Below the pieces are notes generated by a model. That model worked only from the letters and a program-made list of their open reading frames with translations. It did not search any database and was not told the DNA's origin. 64,000 nucleotides of DNA. It comes from Alloascoidea hylecoeti (taxonomy: Eukaryota). This document shows, piece by piece, positions 1-11,139 of this stretch. The stretch is from the NCBI GenBank assembly GCA_001600815.1, contig BCKZ01000004.1:1329566-1393565 (forward strand). Direction: 5' to 3'. The position numbers were made by a program, and so were the translations under genes. How positions within the stretch are numbered: position 1 is the first letter of the stretch; each line of letters begins with the position of its first letter.

Positions 1-259
1 ATGCTTATATTAACATAATCAATCATATATGATTATTTGATTATAATTTATAATTAATATAACCTTGAACGTTCTTATATAAGCTTTTGGTACGTAGGAA
101 ATATATAGATCAGGAAGAAAAGAAATTTGAAATCAGTATTTTCAATATATGTCATAATTGCCTGAAGATAATATAATATTAAAAATCGGAAATCGAATAC
201 GGTGAAGAATCATATACTAGCAATTACACAATTTTAATTGTAACTAAAAATGCTATCTA

Positions 260-480
260 AAATTTAAAGACCATGTTGAATGGATATTCAACATAAAACA
301 TTAGAGCAAATTTAGCTATGCTAAATAATCAAACAAGGAAATCAATAATTGCTCACAATCGTCACTCACTCTTTGTAAAACATGTAAGCAACTACGTACT
401 TATGCCAACGGCTCGGAGAGGAATATTTTGATAATTTTATGAAGACCACTCACACATTGTTGTTAATCTATTATAATATT
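260..480 (+). pseudogene. Candidate decayed totivirus Gag (capsid) fragment, N-terminal region
   Basis: The frame from 318 reads IAHNRHSLFVKHVSNYVLMPTARRGIF**FYEDHSHIVV. This resembles recalled L-A Gag DNHVALLMNMLRAYHLQVLTEQGQY...MYHDGHVKI. It shares the HN...RGIF pattern with the 60.7-60.9 kb relic. By-eye match only. Confidence 0.4.
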
Positions 481-1544
481 CCCTTTAAATCTTTAGGTGT
501 CTTAATATTATATACGTGAACGCCGTGAACCCGATGTGTGCTAGACTTGAATTTTTATTTAATATTTAATTTGTAGGTTGCCAAACCCACTACTGTTGTA
601 TATTACTATTATAGATACTAATGCTATACTGATATATCTTACTAAAGATGCACCAATTTAACTCAACTCCTAAATTGCCAATTTTCAAAAACAATGAAGT
701 AGATATTAAATAATACTTAATGGATCACGAGAATCGTATAAACATGAATTGTGAATTCTTGTGAATTTGTATGCCAAATATTATTACAAACTTTATGCTG
801 TGACTCCTCTTTAAAAATTTAATTTTATTTGCGGCTTTTGGGAAGGCCGGACATTTCGTGCACGCTTAAGCCTTCACAAAGTCAACAAGTAATATGAATA
901 TAACTTCTAATTGTTTATTGGAAATAATCTAGAGTTCAATCATTTCCTATGTTTGAAATTTTAAATTCATGTTGAGGACAACTTGAAACTTTTAAATTTT
1001 TATTTGGGTCTCTCGGAGAATGCAACAACACGGGTTTTTCAAATCATCAAACCACTTCACACAAGTTATAAAATTATGAAAATAATGTGAGCTGATAATC
1101 AAAATGTCTTCTATTGCCGTCCAGGACTCGTCATCCGACCGCCTTTATAGCCTCTTTTTACAGCCTTGTGTGGTTAAGAAAAGGTTCTCGCTATATAACA
1201 GCCAATCGATAATGTCAATTATATTATTGGCTGTTATATTATATTATTACTTTATTACACAACAATATTTAACAATCTTTTGGTAGCTGTAGCCCGTCCC
1301 ATTGCAACCAAAATGGAAATATAATAATCGACCGATTTTTTTGATAGGATCTGGATAGGATTTGACTTATAATTACAAGGATTTTATTTCTGAATTATCT
1401 CTTATTTATTCTAAATATATATTTTCCTTTCTTTTCATTTTTACTTATATTTGTTTCTTATATACACTGCTCCCACACATTGATTTTAACATATTTAAAA
1501 AGTCTCTTCATTTATGCTTTATATAGAACTAGCAGAATTATAGA

Positions 1545-3176
1545 ATGACAAATACAACTTCAACGTTTCAAATACTTGATCTTCCTGATGAACTGATCAC
1601 AAAAATAATATCTTTTCTACAATATAAAGATTTTTTAAATCTTACAGTTTCTTGTAAAAAGTTAAACGATTTTAATAATGATCAAACTATACGGCTCATG
1701 ATTGCATCATCCGATCCATTTGTTAACAAATTTGAAACAGAATCATGGAAACAAGCCTTAAAAAGATATCATTTAGCGACACATATAACACGACACAACG
1801 CTGCAATTACGATATCTTCAGGCAAATTTAATGAGTTTGGTATACCTTTAAAGGCTCCTGATCCATTCCAAGTTCATATTAATCAATTTCCCGTACATCC
1901 AATTGACATTTGTTTTATGTCTAAGACTCTTAGAGCGCCATATAAATGTGGAAAGGATAGGAAAGGTCTTGTAAGATTAAATGAGGATATGTATTTATGT
2001 CTGGATTTTAAATATGGAATAGTTTATGGAACTTCAACACCAGACATGTATCCTGTGAAAGAGTACAGCATGGAAAGTGAAGATGACGATGATATTTTAG
2101 AGGACCAAAGTGATAATTCTAATGAATCAATGATATCACAAGAGGTATGGACAGATAGTAGTAATACAACAGAAGATGAATTTGAAGAACCTATTGATGC
2201 TTTAGGTGGATACAAATATGAAGGGATTTATGATCCAACGCAAAAGTTACAGCTTGAAGTGACATCACCAATTAAATCTGAAAATCATAGATGGAGTTTT
2301 GATACCGGTTTTAATATATGTTCAATGAGAAGTTGGAGCAATATTCTTTATATGATAGTTACTGACGATATTGGATTTCGATTAAGAGCATGCGAAAGTA
2401 ATAATATTGGGTATTCTAATATTTTATGGGAAGTTCCATTATATCGTGATTTTCCAGGACATGTTGAGCATTTATTATTAGATAAACAATTTATATTTAT
2501 TTTATTTTGCGAGTATGGAGAAAAATTATCATCCTATCACTTATTAATAATATCAAGAGATAGTGGGGAAAGATTGGGAAATATTAAGAATTTAGTACCA
2601 AGCTCAAAAAATGTTAAAATTGCAATTGCATCTTCTTATTTTTTCATTTATTATGATGATTCAAAAATAAAATGTTTACCGCTATGGGAACTGTTCTCAC
2701 GATTAAAAGGATCACCTTATTTATTACAATCTAAAATCGACCCAACAAAATTATCATTAAGAAGTTTTGATTCTGTTGAACCAGCTTCAAATCCTAATAT
2801 GATAAAACTTGAAAATTGGTATAATTTTTCAGACATTAAAGGATATTTATGGTATATGAGTGCTTCCCCATGTGGACGATTTTTAGGACTTGAAACGAAT
2901 TATGCAACAGATGTGTCAATTGTTGATTTTCAAAACCAAGAGTCATATAGTTTAAGTTTCACAGATGATGTTGCAAATTCATATTGGGTTATGGATACAA
3001 ATAAGAATATGTATCTTTTTGATAAACAGTTTCTGAAGAAACTATATTCAAAATCAATTACAAACAGATTTAGATCTGGGAAAAGAGGTTATGAAGTGAT
3101 ACCGTTTCATAAAAAGGATAAACAGATATCGAAAAAAGGTATAACTAAGAGGATTTCGCAGATTTATTATGGTTAA
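1545..3176 (+). CDS. F-box protein (N-terminal F-box, divergent possibly beta-propeller C-terminus)
   Basis: 543-aa ORF with F-box motif ILDLPDELITKIISFLQYKDFLNLTVSCKKL near the N-terminus. Confidence 0.8.
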   Translation: MTNTTSTFQILDLPDELITKIISFLQYKDFLNLTVSCKKLNDFNNDQTIRLMIASSDPFVNKFETESWKQALKRYHLATHITRHNAAITISSGKFNEFGIPLKAPDPFQVHINQFPVHPIDICFMSKTLRAPYKCGKDRKGLVRLNEDMYLCLDFKYGIVYGTSTPDMYPVKEYSMESEDDDDILEDQSDNSNESMISQEVWTDSSNTTEDEFEEPIDALGGYKYEGIYDPTQKLQLEVTSPIKSENHRWSFDTGFNICSMRSWSNILYMIVTDDIGFRLRACESNNIGYSNILWEVPLYRDFPGHVEHLLLDKQFIFILFCEYGEKLSSYHLLIISRDSGERLGNIKNLVPSSKNVKIAIASSYFFIYYDDSKIKCLPLWELFSRLKGSPYLLQSKIDPTKLSLRSFDSVEPASNPNMIKLENWYNFSDIKGYLWYMSASPCGRFLGLETNYATDVSIVDFQNQESYSLSFTDDVANSYWVMDTNKNMYLFDKQFLKKLYSKSITNRFRSGKRGYEVIPFHKKDKQISKKGITKRISQIYYG

Positions 3177-3655
3177 ATTTAAAGTATCGCTTTTTATATA
3201 TTTATTTACTTATTTTTGTTAATTTATGACATGATATAAATATTTATCTTATAATTAATAGTTATATATAGGCTCATTTATAAGATAGATCTAGACGCCC
3301 AATCAAGACAAAATTCAAGAGCAGCGAACCACAAAATATGAAAAAAAAATATGAAGGATCACCATCTTCAGACGAGCAAAGATGGTGAGTGAAGTTATTG
3401 ATGCTCTAAAGGTTTCTATAAAACCGGAGTAAATATACCAATAAAAATAGAGGATTGCGAAAAATAAAGATCTACCCCCTTGGTCCCCCTACATGTAGAA
3501 ATCTTATCATTAATGTTCGAACTGCTTGTGTAATTTCTAATCTGCGGGTAATATCCATCACAGAATTTTCAGATATTGTGTGTCCGGGTAATACAAAATA
3601 GACGTGTTTCTCCAAAGTTACGCGTCTCTTCATTAGGTCTTTCCATCATATCATC

Positions 3656-5350
3656 ATGAGTTCTCTTCAATTTGATCGTATTTATCTTGACCAATCTAGA
3701 CATCCAGGCCGTTTCAGAATAGCGGATTCTGGTCTTGGCTGGAAGGTGTCTCAATCACAAAATTCTGGTGGTAGTAGTGTTCATGCTGCGCCAGTTTTAG
3801 TATCGTCAACTGAAATAGTTTCTGCTCAATGGAGTAAGGGAGCTAAAGGTTATGAAGTTAGGGTTCAGACAAAAAATAACAAAGTTTTTCAATTAGATGG
3901 TTTTGATCTTGATGTAAGTAACGATATCTATGATTATTCAGGAAAGCGAGAACATTATTTCTGATTTTCAGATCTCTAACAATTTTTTTAATATATTTAG
4001 GAATTTAATTCACTGAAAAATGCTTTTCAAAGAAATTATAATGTTGTTTTAGATCAACGGGAACATTGCGTTAGAGGTTGGAATTGGGGTCATGCCGATT
4101 TTGGCCGATCTGAATTAATTTTTCAAGTAAATAATAGACCAGATTTTGAAATACCATATACTGCAGTTAATAATTCAAATCTGGCTGGTAGAAATGAAGT
4201 TTCTCTTGAATTTAATGTTAAAAATGATCACAGTAGAGCTGGTGATGAATTAGTTGAAATGAGATTTTATGTACCTGGTACAGTTTCAAAAGATGGTGAT
4301 GGGAGCGGTGGTGAACAAGCTAATAATGCCGAAGAACAGAGTGCAGCTGTTGCATTTTATGAGCAATTAAAAGAAAATGCTGATATAGGTGTCATTGCTG
4401 GTGATGCTATCGTATCATTCTCAGATGTTTTATTCTTAACCCCAAGAGGTAGATATGATATTGATATGTATCCAACATCATTAAGATTACGTGGTAAAAC
4501 CTATGATTATAAAATTCAATATTCACAAATTCAAAGACTGTTTTCGTTACCAAAACCTGATGAAGTTCATCATGTTTTAATTTTACAAATTGATCCTCCT
4601 TTACGACAAGGACAGACAAGATACCCCTTTTTAACATTACAATTCCTAAAGGATGAAGAAATTGAGGTTGAATTAAATTTGGATGATGATGAATTTACAT
4701 CAAAATATGTTGGAAAATTGAAGAAAAAATATGATCAAGCAGCACATGCAGTTGTATCACAATGCTTTAAAGGTTTAACAGAAACAAAAGTTACAGTTCC
4801 TGGTTCTTATACAAGTCGTCATCATCAAGCAGGTGTAAGTTGTTCTTTAAAAGCAAGCGAAGGTCATTTATATCCATTAGAAAAATGCTTTTTATTTATT
4901 ACAAAGCCAACTGTTTATATCCCATTAAGTGAAATTGCATATACTACTTTCTCGCGTGTTGGAGGTGCTTCTACTTCATCATCTAGAACATTTGATTTAA
5001 CATTTACATTACGGGGTGGAAACGGTGAACACCAATTCTCTAATATCAATAGAGAAGAACAAAAGGCCTTAGAAGATTTTATTAAAGTTAAAGGTATAAA
5101 GATTAAAGATGATATTAATGAACAACAGGCAATGCTATCATCTGCTTTGGCTATGGAATCTGATACGGATTCGGATGATGGCGACTTTAGAGGCAGTGCA
5201 GCAGAGGATGAAAGTGTTGATGAGGATTTCAATGATAGTGCTGGTGATAGTGAGGTTGCTGAAGAATTTGACTCAAATGCGGATAGTGGTAGTGATGAGG
5301 AGATGGAGAGTGACACTGAAAAACCACCAAAAAAGAAGCTACATAAGTAG
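3656..5350 (+). CDS. POB3: FACT complex subunit Pob3/SSRP1; exons 3656-3913 and 4001-5350
   Basis: Motifs GRFRIADSGLGWK, GWNWG, LTPRGRYDIDMY, DPPLRQGQTRYPFL and an acidic tail. The 87-nt intron GTAAGT(3914)...TCTCTAAC...TAG(4000) joins the two ORFs in frame (about 535 aa). Confidence 0.96.
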
Positions 5351-5499
5351 TTTGAGTTAAATATAAAGGAGATTGAAATCGGTGTTTACTAGTACTATTA
5401 AATATTCAAATATATGAAATAGAGAACTTTAATGTAAAATACAAATATGCATTCTAATATTAATGCTCGCATAAACTGAAAGTGTTACCAAAGAGTTTA

Positions 5500-5809
5500 T
5501 CATCATAATCGCTATCAAGAATGACAATCGTTCCTTCATAAGTTCTTCTCGTATTTCTTTTGGGTTCTTAATCATAAAATTTTAATTCTTCAAATGCATA
5601 AACAATAACTTCTTTTCTAAAAGATAGTTGTTGTATCTCATTTTTCCATTTAGCTTCAATTTCAGTATCTCGATATTTACTCCACAATTTATCCTTTTTT
5701 CTAATTGTCTGACTAATTTTGATAATATCCCATTATCTTGATGAATGGGATTCAAAGTTGTTTGTATCTCAAAAGTAAAAGGATGAGAATATGGGGAATT
5801 GATGACCAT
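5500..5809 (-). pseudogene. Frameshifted 5' fragment resembling the DUF4246-family N-terminus
   Basis: After a frameshift it reads KKDKLWSKYRDTEIEAKWKNEIQ...VIVYAFEELKFYD*, similar to the W..K..D.EI.AKW..E...Y..EEL.Y pattern I recall for DUF4246 proteins. Truncated. Confidence 0.4.
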
Positions 5810-5897
5810 TATAGTAGTAAATTGGAATGTATACGATACTTATTGTATAGTACACTTAGCTACTTGCAATTTTGAGTTAGGCTAGTGAAAAGTTGGA

Positions 5898-5948
5898 GAG
5901 CCGAGCTGGGAATTGAACTTAGAGTCACTCGCACCCAAAGCGAGTATC
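5898..5948 (-). pseudogene. 5'-truncated, mutated tRNA-Pro(UGG) fragment
   Basis: Its reverse complement matches the 3' 51 nt of the tRNA-Pro at 11068-11139 with 5 substitutions. The D-arm and 5' acceptor strand are missing. Confidence 0.88.
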
Positions 5949-6529
5949 TTTTTTTTTTCTACTTCATTATATTTTATTATAAACTATTTAAATTTATAAA
6001 TATATATTGTAAATGTATGTATAGTAATTACTTATTTTTATTTATTCATCTTATCTGATAAAGACCAATATGTATAAATATGAAATATATCATTATTATT
6101 TGTATTTTAAATATAAACGCAGTTTTTCCCTTTTCATTATTCTCATAATGGTTTGCTCATTATTGTCATTTTCCATATTTTGATCGCTAAATCTTCTATG
6201 GACTCTTATATTCCATATTATCTCAGAAATCAAACCCAAGTTTCTGATAATCTCATGATTCGTTATCGCTGGGCATATCAAATCTTCCAAAGTTACATTA
6301 CATCTATACCATATAGGGCTTTGAATATCATTTTCTTGATTTCACATTTATTAAATATATGCGATTCTGTTTCTATACCTGGTTGAAAACATAATACATT
6401 CTCTAGTGATCCATTAACGTGATGTTTGTATTTAAATTCCCAATGATGAGAATAATTTCGTACGTTTAGCCGATGTACTAGACTACCGCGGGTTCAATTT
6501 TTTCTTTTGGCCCGAAATGGAAAAAAACA

Positions 6530-6603
6530 TGATTCGACCCAGGATCGAACTGGGGACGTTCTGCGTGTTAAGCAGATGCCATAACCAACTAGACCATCGA
6601 ACC
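6530..6603 (-). tRNA. tRNA-Val(AAC)
   Basis: GGTTCGATGGTCTAGTTGGTTATGGCATCTGCTTAACACGCAGAACGTCCCCAGTTCGATCCTGGGTCGAATCA folds as a cloverleaf with anticodon AAC. A T-run terminator follows. Confidence 0.97.
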
Positions 6604-6900
6604 TTAATTATTTTTTTAACTTTTTCATATATTTTCCAATTAAATTATATAACTAGAAACTATGTAAATTCTGAGGTAATCTCCACTATATATAGTGAAA
6701 TAAAAACTTCTCTTTCTTTCTTATGTACCTAGACCACCTTTAAAGTAAATTTTTTTTTTAGATATATTTTACTTTTTCAAGTTTTTAGATATTAGAATCC
6801 CCCAATCAATCTTATCTAATATTTTTCCTTAGCTCTAGTGCCTTTTTGATAAAAGCTCCATTTTTTTCTATATGGTTCCACCAAAGAAACATCCAAAATA

Positions 6901-7556
6901 TGGTATAAGTTAGATATCATTTGGTCTACCCCTCGTGAAAGCTTATTGTATCGAATCCAAATTATCCCCGGTATCTGGTGTGAATTATTGGTGGGATTTC
7001 TTTTGGTTAGTCTTAGTTCTTGTTTATTACCCTGGTGTTATTGTCTTGTTTTGGTGCTAGTTGTTGGGTATCCATAACTGGTCCTGTCTTGAATTTTTTG
7101 CTAAAGTCTTACTATTGTGGAATTCGTGGTTCCTCTCCATTTCATTACACGTTCATATACGATATTAAAGAGCATTTTTCAGAGACTATTAATCATAGTT
7201 TTTTGCGGCCTTAACTTTTGTTAGCTTTAGTATCGAACATAGCATATGATATTTGGTTTGGAGTCAGCTCCTTCATCTCCTACTTCTGCTGTACCCACTA
7301 CTTTTGCGGCTCCCACTACTGAAGTTAATCCCATCATGGAACCCTCTTCCTTTTCGTTAGACCATGGTTTCTCTTTCAAACCTCCCCCTCTTAAGAAATA
7401 TGATGGGCGGCGAGATGTGGATACTCTGGAAGCCTTTCTGAACGGTTTTGAGGTCCTTATGAAACTTAGTCATGTTGACAATGATCATACTAAGATCCAA
7501 ATCTTTTCTCTTCACCTAGAGGGTGACGCTCTGAGATGGTTTTTAGGTGTGTTTTC
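6901..7556 (+). mobile_element. Ty3/gypsy copy A: 5'-truncated leader plus start of gag, running into the assembly gap
   Basis: Near-identical to the reverse complement of about 9976-10632. Gag ATG at 7246. The LTR and PBS seen in copy B are absent. Confidence 0.9.
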
Positions 7557-8166
7557 NNNNNNNNNNNNNNNNNNNNNNNNNNNNNNNNNNNNNNNNNNNN
7601 NNNNNNNNNNNNNNNNNNNNNNNNNNNNNNNNNNNNNNNNNNNNNNNNNNNNNNNNNNNNNNNNNNNNNNNNNNNNNNNNNNNNNNNNNNNNNNNNNNNN
7701 NNNNNNNNNNNNNNNNNNNNNNNNNNNNNNNNNNNNNNNNNNNNNNNNNNNNNNNNNNNNNNNNNNNNNNNNNNNNNNNNNNNNNNNNNNNNNNNNNNNN
7801 NNNNNNNNNNNNNNNNNNNNNNNNNNNNNNNNNNNNNNNNNNNNNNNNNNNNNNNNNNNNNNNNNNNNNNNNNNNNNNNNNNNNNNNNNNNNNNNNNNNN
7901 NNNNNNNNNNNNNNNNNNNNNNNNNNNNNNNNNNNNNNNNNNNNNNNNNNNNNNNNNNNNNNNNNNNNNNNNNNNNNNNNNNNNNNNNNNNNNNNNNNNN
8001 NNNNNNNNNNNNNNNNNNNNNNNNNNNNNNNNNNNNNNNNNNNNNNNNNNNNNNNNNNNNNNNNNNNNNNNNNNNNNNNNNNNNNNNNNNNNNNNNNNNN
8101 NNNNNNNNNNNNNNNNNNNNNNNNNNNNNNNNNNNNNNNNNNNNNNNNNNNNNNNNNNNNNNNNNN
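7557..8166. other. Assembly gap (610 N)
   Basis: Run of N. Confidence 1.
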
Positions 8167-10832
8167 CCGTCAATTCTGTGAGGGTAATGACAATCTTTTA
8201 CAATCTTTGTTGGATGACTGGAATAGTCAAAAAGATCCTGGCTCTTGAGATAGACATGGGGTAGATAATCAGCAAACATAAGGGTCATGATCCTCTGGAA
8301 ACTTTCTGGACCTCCCGACAGACCGAATGGTAAGCATAACCATTCGTAATGGCCTGTCGTAGTGGAGAAGGCTGTCTTGAAACGATCCTTATCATGAACA
8401 AGAATTTGATAATAACCTGAAACTAGATCAAGTTTAGAGAAAACGGTAGCTGTTCCCAAAGCATTTAAAACATCATCTACTAATGGTAAGGGAAAACGAT
8501 GTCTAATGGACTCTTGATTTAACAAACGATAATCAATACACATGCGTAACGAGTTATCTGGTTTTTTCACGAATAGCACAGGAGCGGAAAAGGGACTGGT
8601 AGATTTTCTAATGAACCCTTTGTTTAACAGATCATGAACCTGCTTATCTAACTCCAAACGTTCTTTGTACGACAATCTGTATGGACGTCTGGCTTTTGGC
8701 GTCCAGTTCTCAATTAAATCAATGTGATGTTCAAAGTCTGGGCCTCTGTCAAACAATTGGGTAAGTGGTTCATTATTAACAACATCAGCATATTCAGATA
8801 GTATGAAGGGTGGTGGTTTTGTGGCTTTCACTGCTTCTGGAAAAGTCACATTAAGAACACTTAAGTCACCTTGACGCAAATCATGCGTAAATTCAGTAGC
8901 TTCAACAAGAGCAANATCAATAGCGGTGTTAAGGTCATTTTCATCTTCCATGCCTGAATGACCCATGAAGGTGTTTTGGCCCCAATCAATAGAAGTATGA
9001 TGGCGAGTGATAAAGGGTTTCCCTAGTATGAGACCATGGGAAAGAGTGTTTACCACATAACAGCGAACCGTATCCTTGAAGGAACCCAATTGTAATTCCA
9101 AGGTAATATGCCCTTCTGCCACGATTGACGATTTCCCAGGTTCGGCTGTGAACACATTCAATGGCGCCTCTGGAAGCGACTGCACCGCCGCTTGGAGCCC
9201 TAAGGTGGCAACCCGAGCAGTGGTGATTAGATTCGTGGTACAACCACTGTCTAATAAAGCACCAGTGTGGTAACCATTAACAACAAAGGGTAACAATAAA
9301 AGTTTCTCATTAGGTACTGGACCAACAGAGGACGATTGAGAAGATATGGCAGGAAGATTCAGATTCTGAGATTGAGGATTAAGAGGTGGACGTTGAGGAG
9401 TAAAAGGTGGGCGTTGAGGAGGAACCGACCCACGACATTGACTTGCGTGGTGGTTTCCTACTCGGCAGCGGAAGCACTTTCCTTCCCGTCGAAGTCTCTC
9501 TCGCTCTTGAGGTGTCAGTTTCGGAAAATGTTTATTGCTAACCACATTGGACATAATAATATCACCTTCTGCGTCTCTTGTAGAAGAAGGATACCCAGTA
9601 TGATTCCAGGCCGGCACTTCTCGTCTGACCTGTTGAAACCGGTTGGTCTTGGGCTTGGAAAATAAAATGGAATCAACTCTTTGAGCGTTAACAATAGCAT
9701 CACTTAGACTAAGGGGACTGGTCAATCTAGTTTGTAATTGCGTTTGTGTCTTCAATCCTGAGAGAAACCGTTCAATTGCCGCATCTTCACTAATCCAATG
9801 AGGGGGTAGTCTTCCTAACAATTGTTGAAACATGACGGCGTAATTAAATACGTCCTTTTGTTGTCTCAAGGCCATAAAACGTCGAANAAGATCTTCNTTN
9901 AATCCAGGTGGCATAAACACGTTGCGAAATTCTTCTAGAAAATCGTTCCACAGTGGAAATTCATTAGGGTGTGTAGAAAACACACCTAAAAACCATCTCA
10001 GAGCGTCACCCTCTAGGTGAAGAGAAAAGATTTGGATCTTAGTATGATCATTGTCAACATGACTAAGTTTCATAAGGACCTCAAAACCGTTCAGAAAGGC
10101 TTCCAGAGTATCCACATCTCGCCGCCCATCATATTTCTTAAGAGGGGGAGGTTTGAAAGAGAAACCATGGTCTAACGAAAAGGAAGAGGGTTCCATGATA
10201 GGATTAACTTCAGTAGTGGGAGCCGCAAAAGTAGTGGNTACAGCAGAAGTAGGAGAAGAAGGAGCTGACTCCAAACCAAANATCATATGCTATGTTCGAT
10301 ACGAAAGCTAACAAAAGTTAAGGCCGCAAAAAAAACGATGATTAATAGTCTCTGAAAAATGCTCTTTAATATCGTATATGAACGTGTAATGAAATGGAGA
10401 GGAACCACGAATTCCACAATAGTAAGACTTTAGCAAAAAATTCAAGACAGGACCAGTTATGGATACCCAACAACTAGCACCAAAACAAGACAATAACACC
10501 AGGGTAATAAACAAGAACTAAGACTAACCAAAAGAAATCCCACCAATAATTCACACCAGATACCGGGGATAATTTGGATTCGATACAATAAGCTTCACGA
10601 GGGGTAGACCAAATGATATCTAACTTATACCAGATGTCTACTGAAAACAAGACTTAAGCAAATTGTCTAACAAACGAAGTATATGTTAACACCAAGATAT
10701 ACTTTTAACAAACAACGGATGAACTTACTATCAGAAGTTCAATTAACACCAGTGTATTCAACGAAACACTTTATCAGATGGACAATATGTGCGTGAAACG
10801 ATAAAAAAAAACAGGAACAGATCGTTTCGCGC

Positions 10833-10840
10833 CGCTACCA
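10833..10840 (-). promoter_or_regulatory. Primer-binding site TGGTAGCG (tRNA-iMet type)
   Basis: Lies 2 nt inside the LTR end. Complementary to the 3' end of yeast initiator tRNA-Met, as in Ty1/Ty3. Confidence 0.8.
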
Positions 10841-10842
10841 AA

Positions 10843-11006
10843 TGTCACGACACAAAACAGGAAACAAGGAAAAGTGTATTAAATCTTAATTAAAGAATTT
10901 CCCCTTTAAAAGAACAGGAAAAACGAGGGATTATATAGTCAGCTATATAGAGATCACACCATACACATGTACTTGTAGTCTCGGTGGTGTGTATCATCAT
11001 GAGACA
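10843..11006 (-). repeat. Putative 5' LTR (about 164 bp)
   Basis: TGTC...GACA termini and an internal TATATA; directly followed by TT and the PBS. The outer boundary is inferred from the terminal inverted repeat only. Confidence 0.7.
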
Positions 11007-11067
11007 TAGTTAATATTAAGAATAAGAAACCATAAGAAAGAAGAAAGTTTTACACATTTTATGATTC

Positions 11068-11139
11068 GGCCGTGTGGTCTAGTGGTATGATACTCGCTTT
11101 GGGTGCGAGTGGCCCTGGGTTCAATTCCCAGCTCGGCCC
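11068..11139 (+). tRNA. tRNA-Pro(UGG), intronless
   Basis: GGCCGTGTGGTCTAGTGGTATGATACTCGCTTTGGGTGCGAGTGGCCCTGGGTTCAATTCCCAGCTCGGCCC with anticodon TGG. A poly-T terminator follows. Confidence 0.97.

Larger units (their letters stand above)
8262..11006 (-). mobile_element. Ty3/gypsy LTR retrotransposon copy B: LTR, PBS, leader, gag-protease-RT (RT truncated)
   Basis: ORF from ATG 10286 contains a retrotransposon Gag domain, CCHC knuckle CFRCRVGNHHASQC, protease LLDSGC, and RT motifs SPFSAPVLFVKK/LRMCIDYR/FSKLDL/KTAF/PFGL. RT similarity stops just before the expected YxDD. Confidence 0.95.

Noticed and set aside
1104..1286. 60-aa ORF or box C/D snoRNA
   Set aside because: No recognisable homology and no properly placed box pair with a terminal stem.
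6901..6912. TGGTATAAG as a PBS or LTR start
   Set aside because: In copy B the same sequence is internal leader, about 200 nt downstream of the better-supported PBS.
7490..8264. ORFs of 227-311 aa crossing the gap
   Set aside because: Artefacts of translating through N's.
6901..10632. DIRS-like element with inverted terminal repeats
   Set aside because: The inverted sequence includes gag coding DNA, and the element has an aspartic protease, a tRNA PBS and a TG..CA LTR, all typical of Ty3/gypsy.
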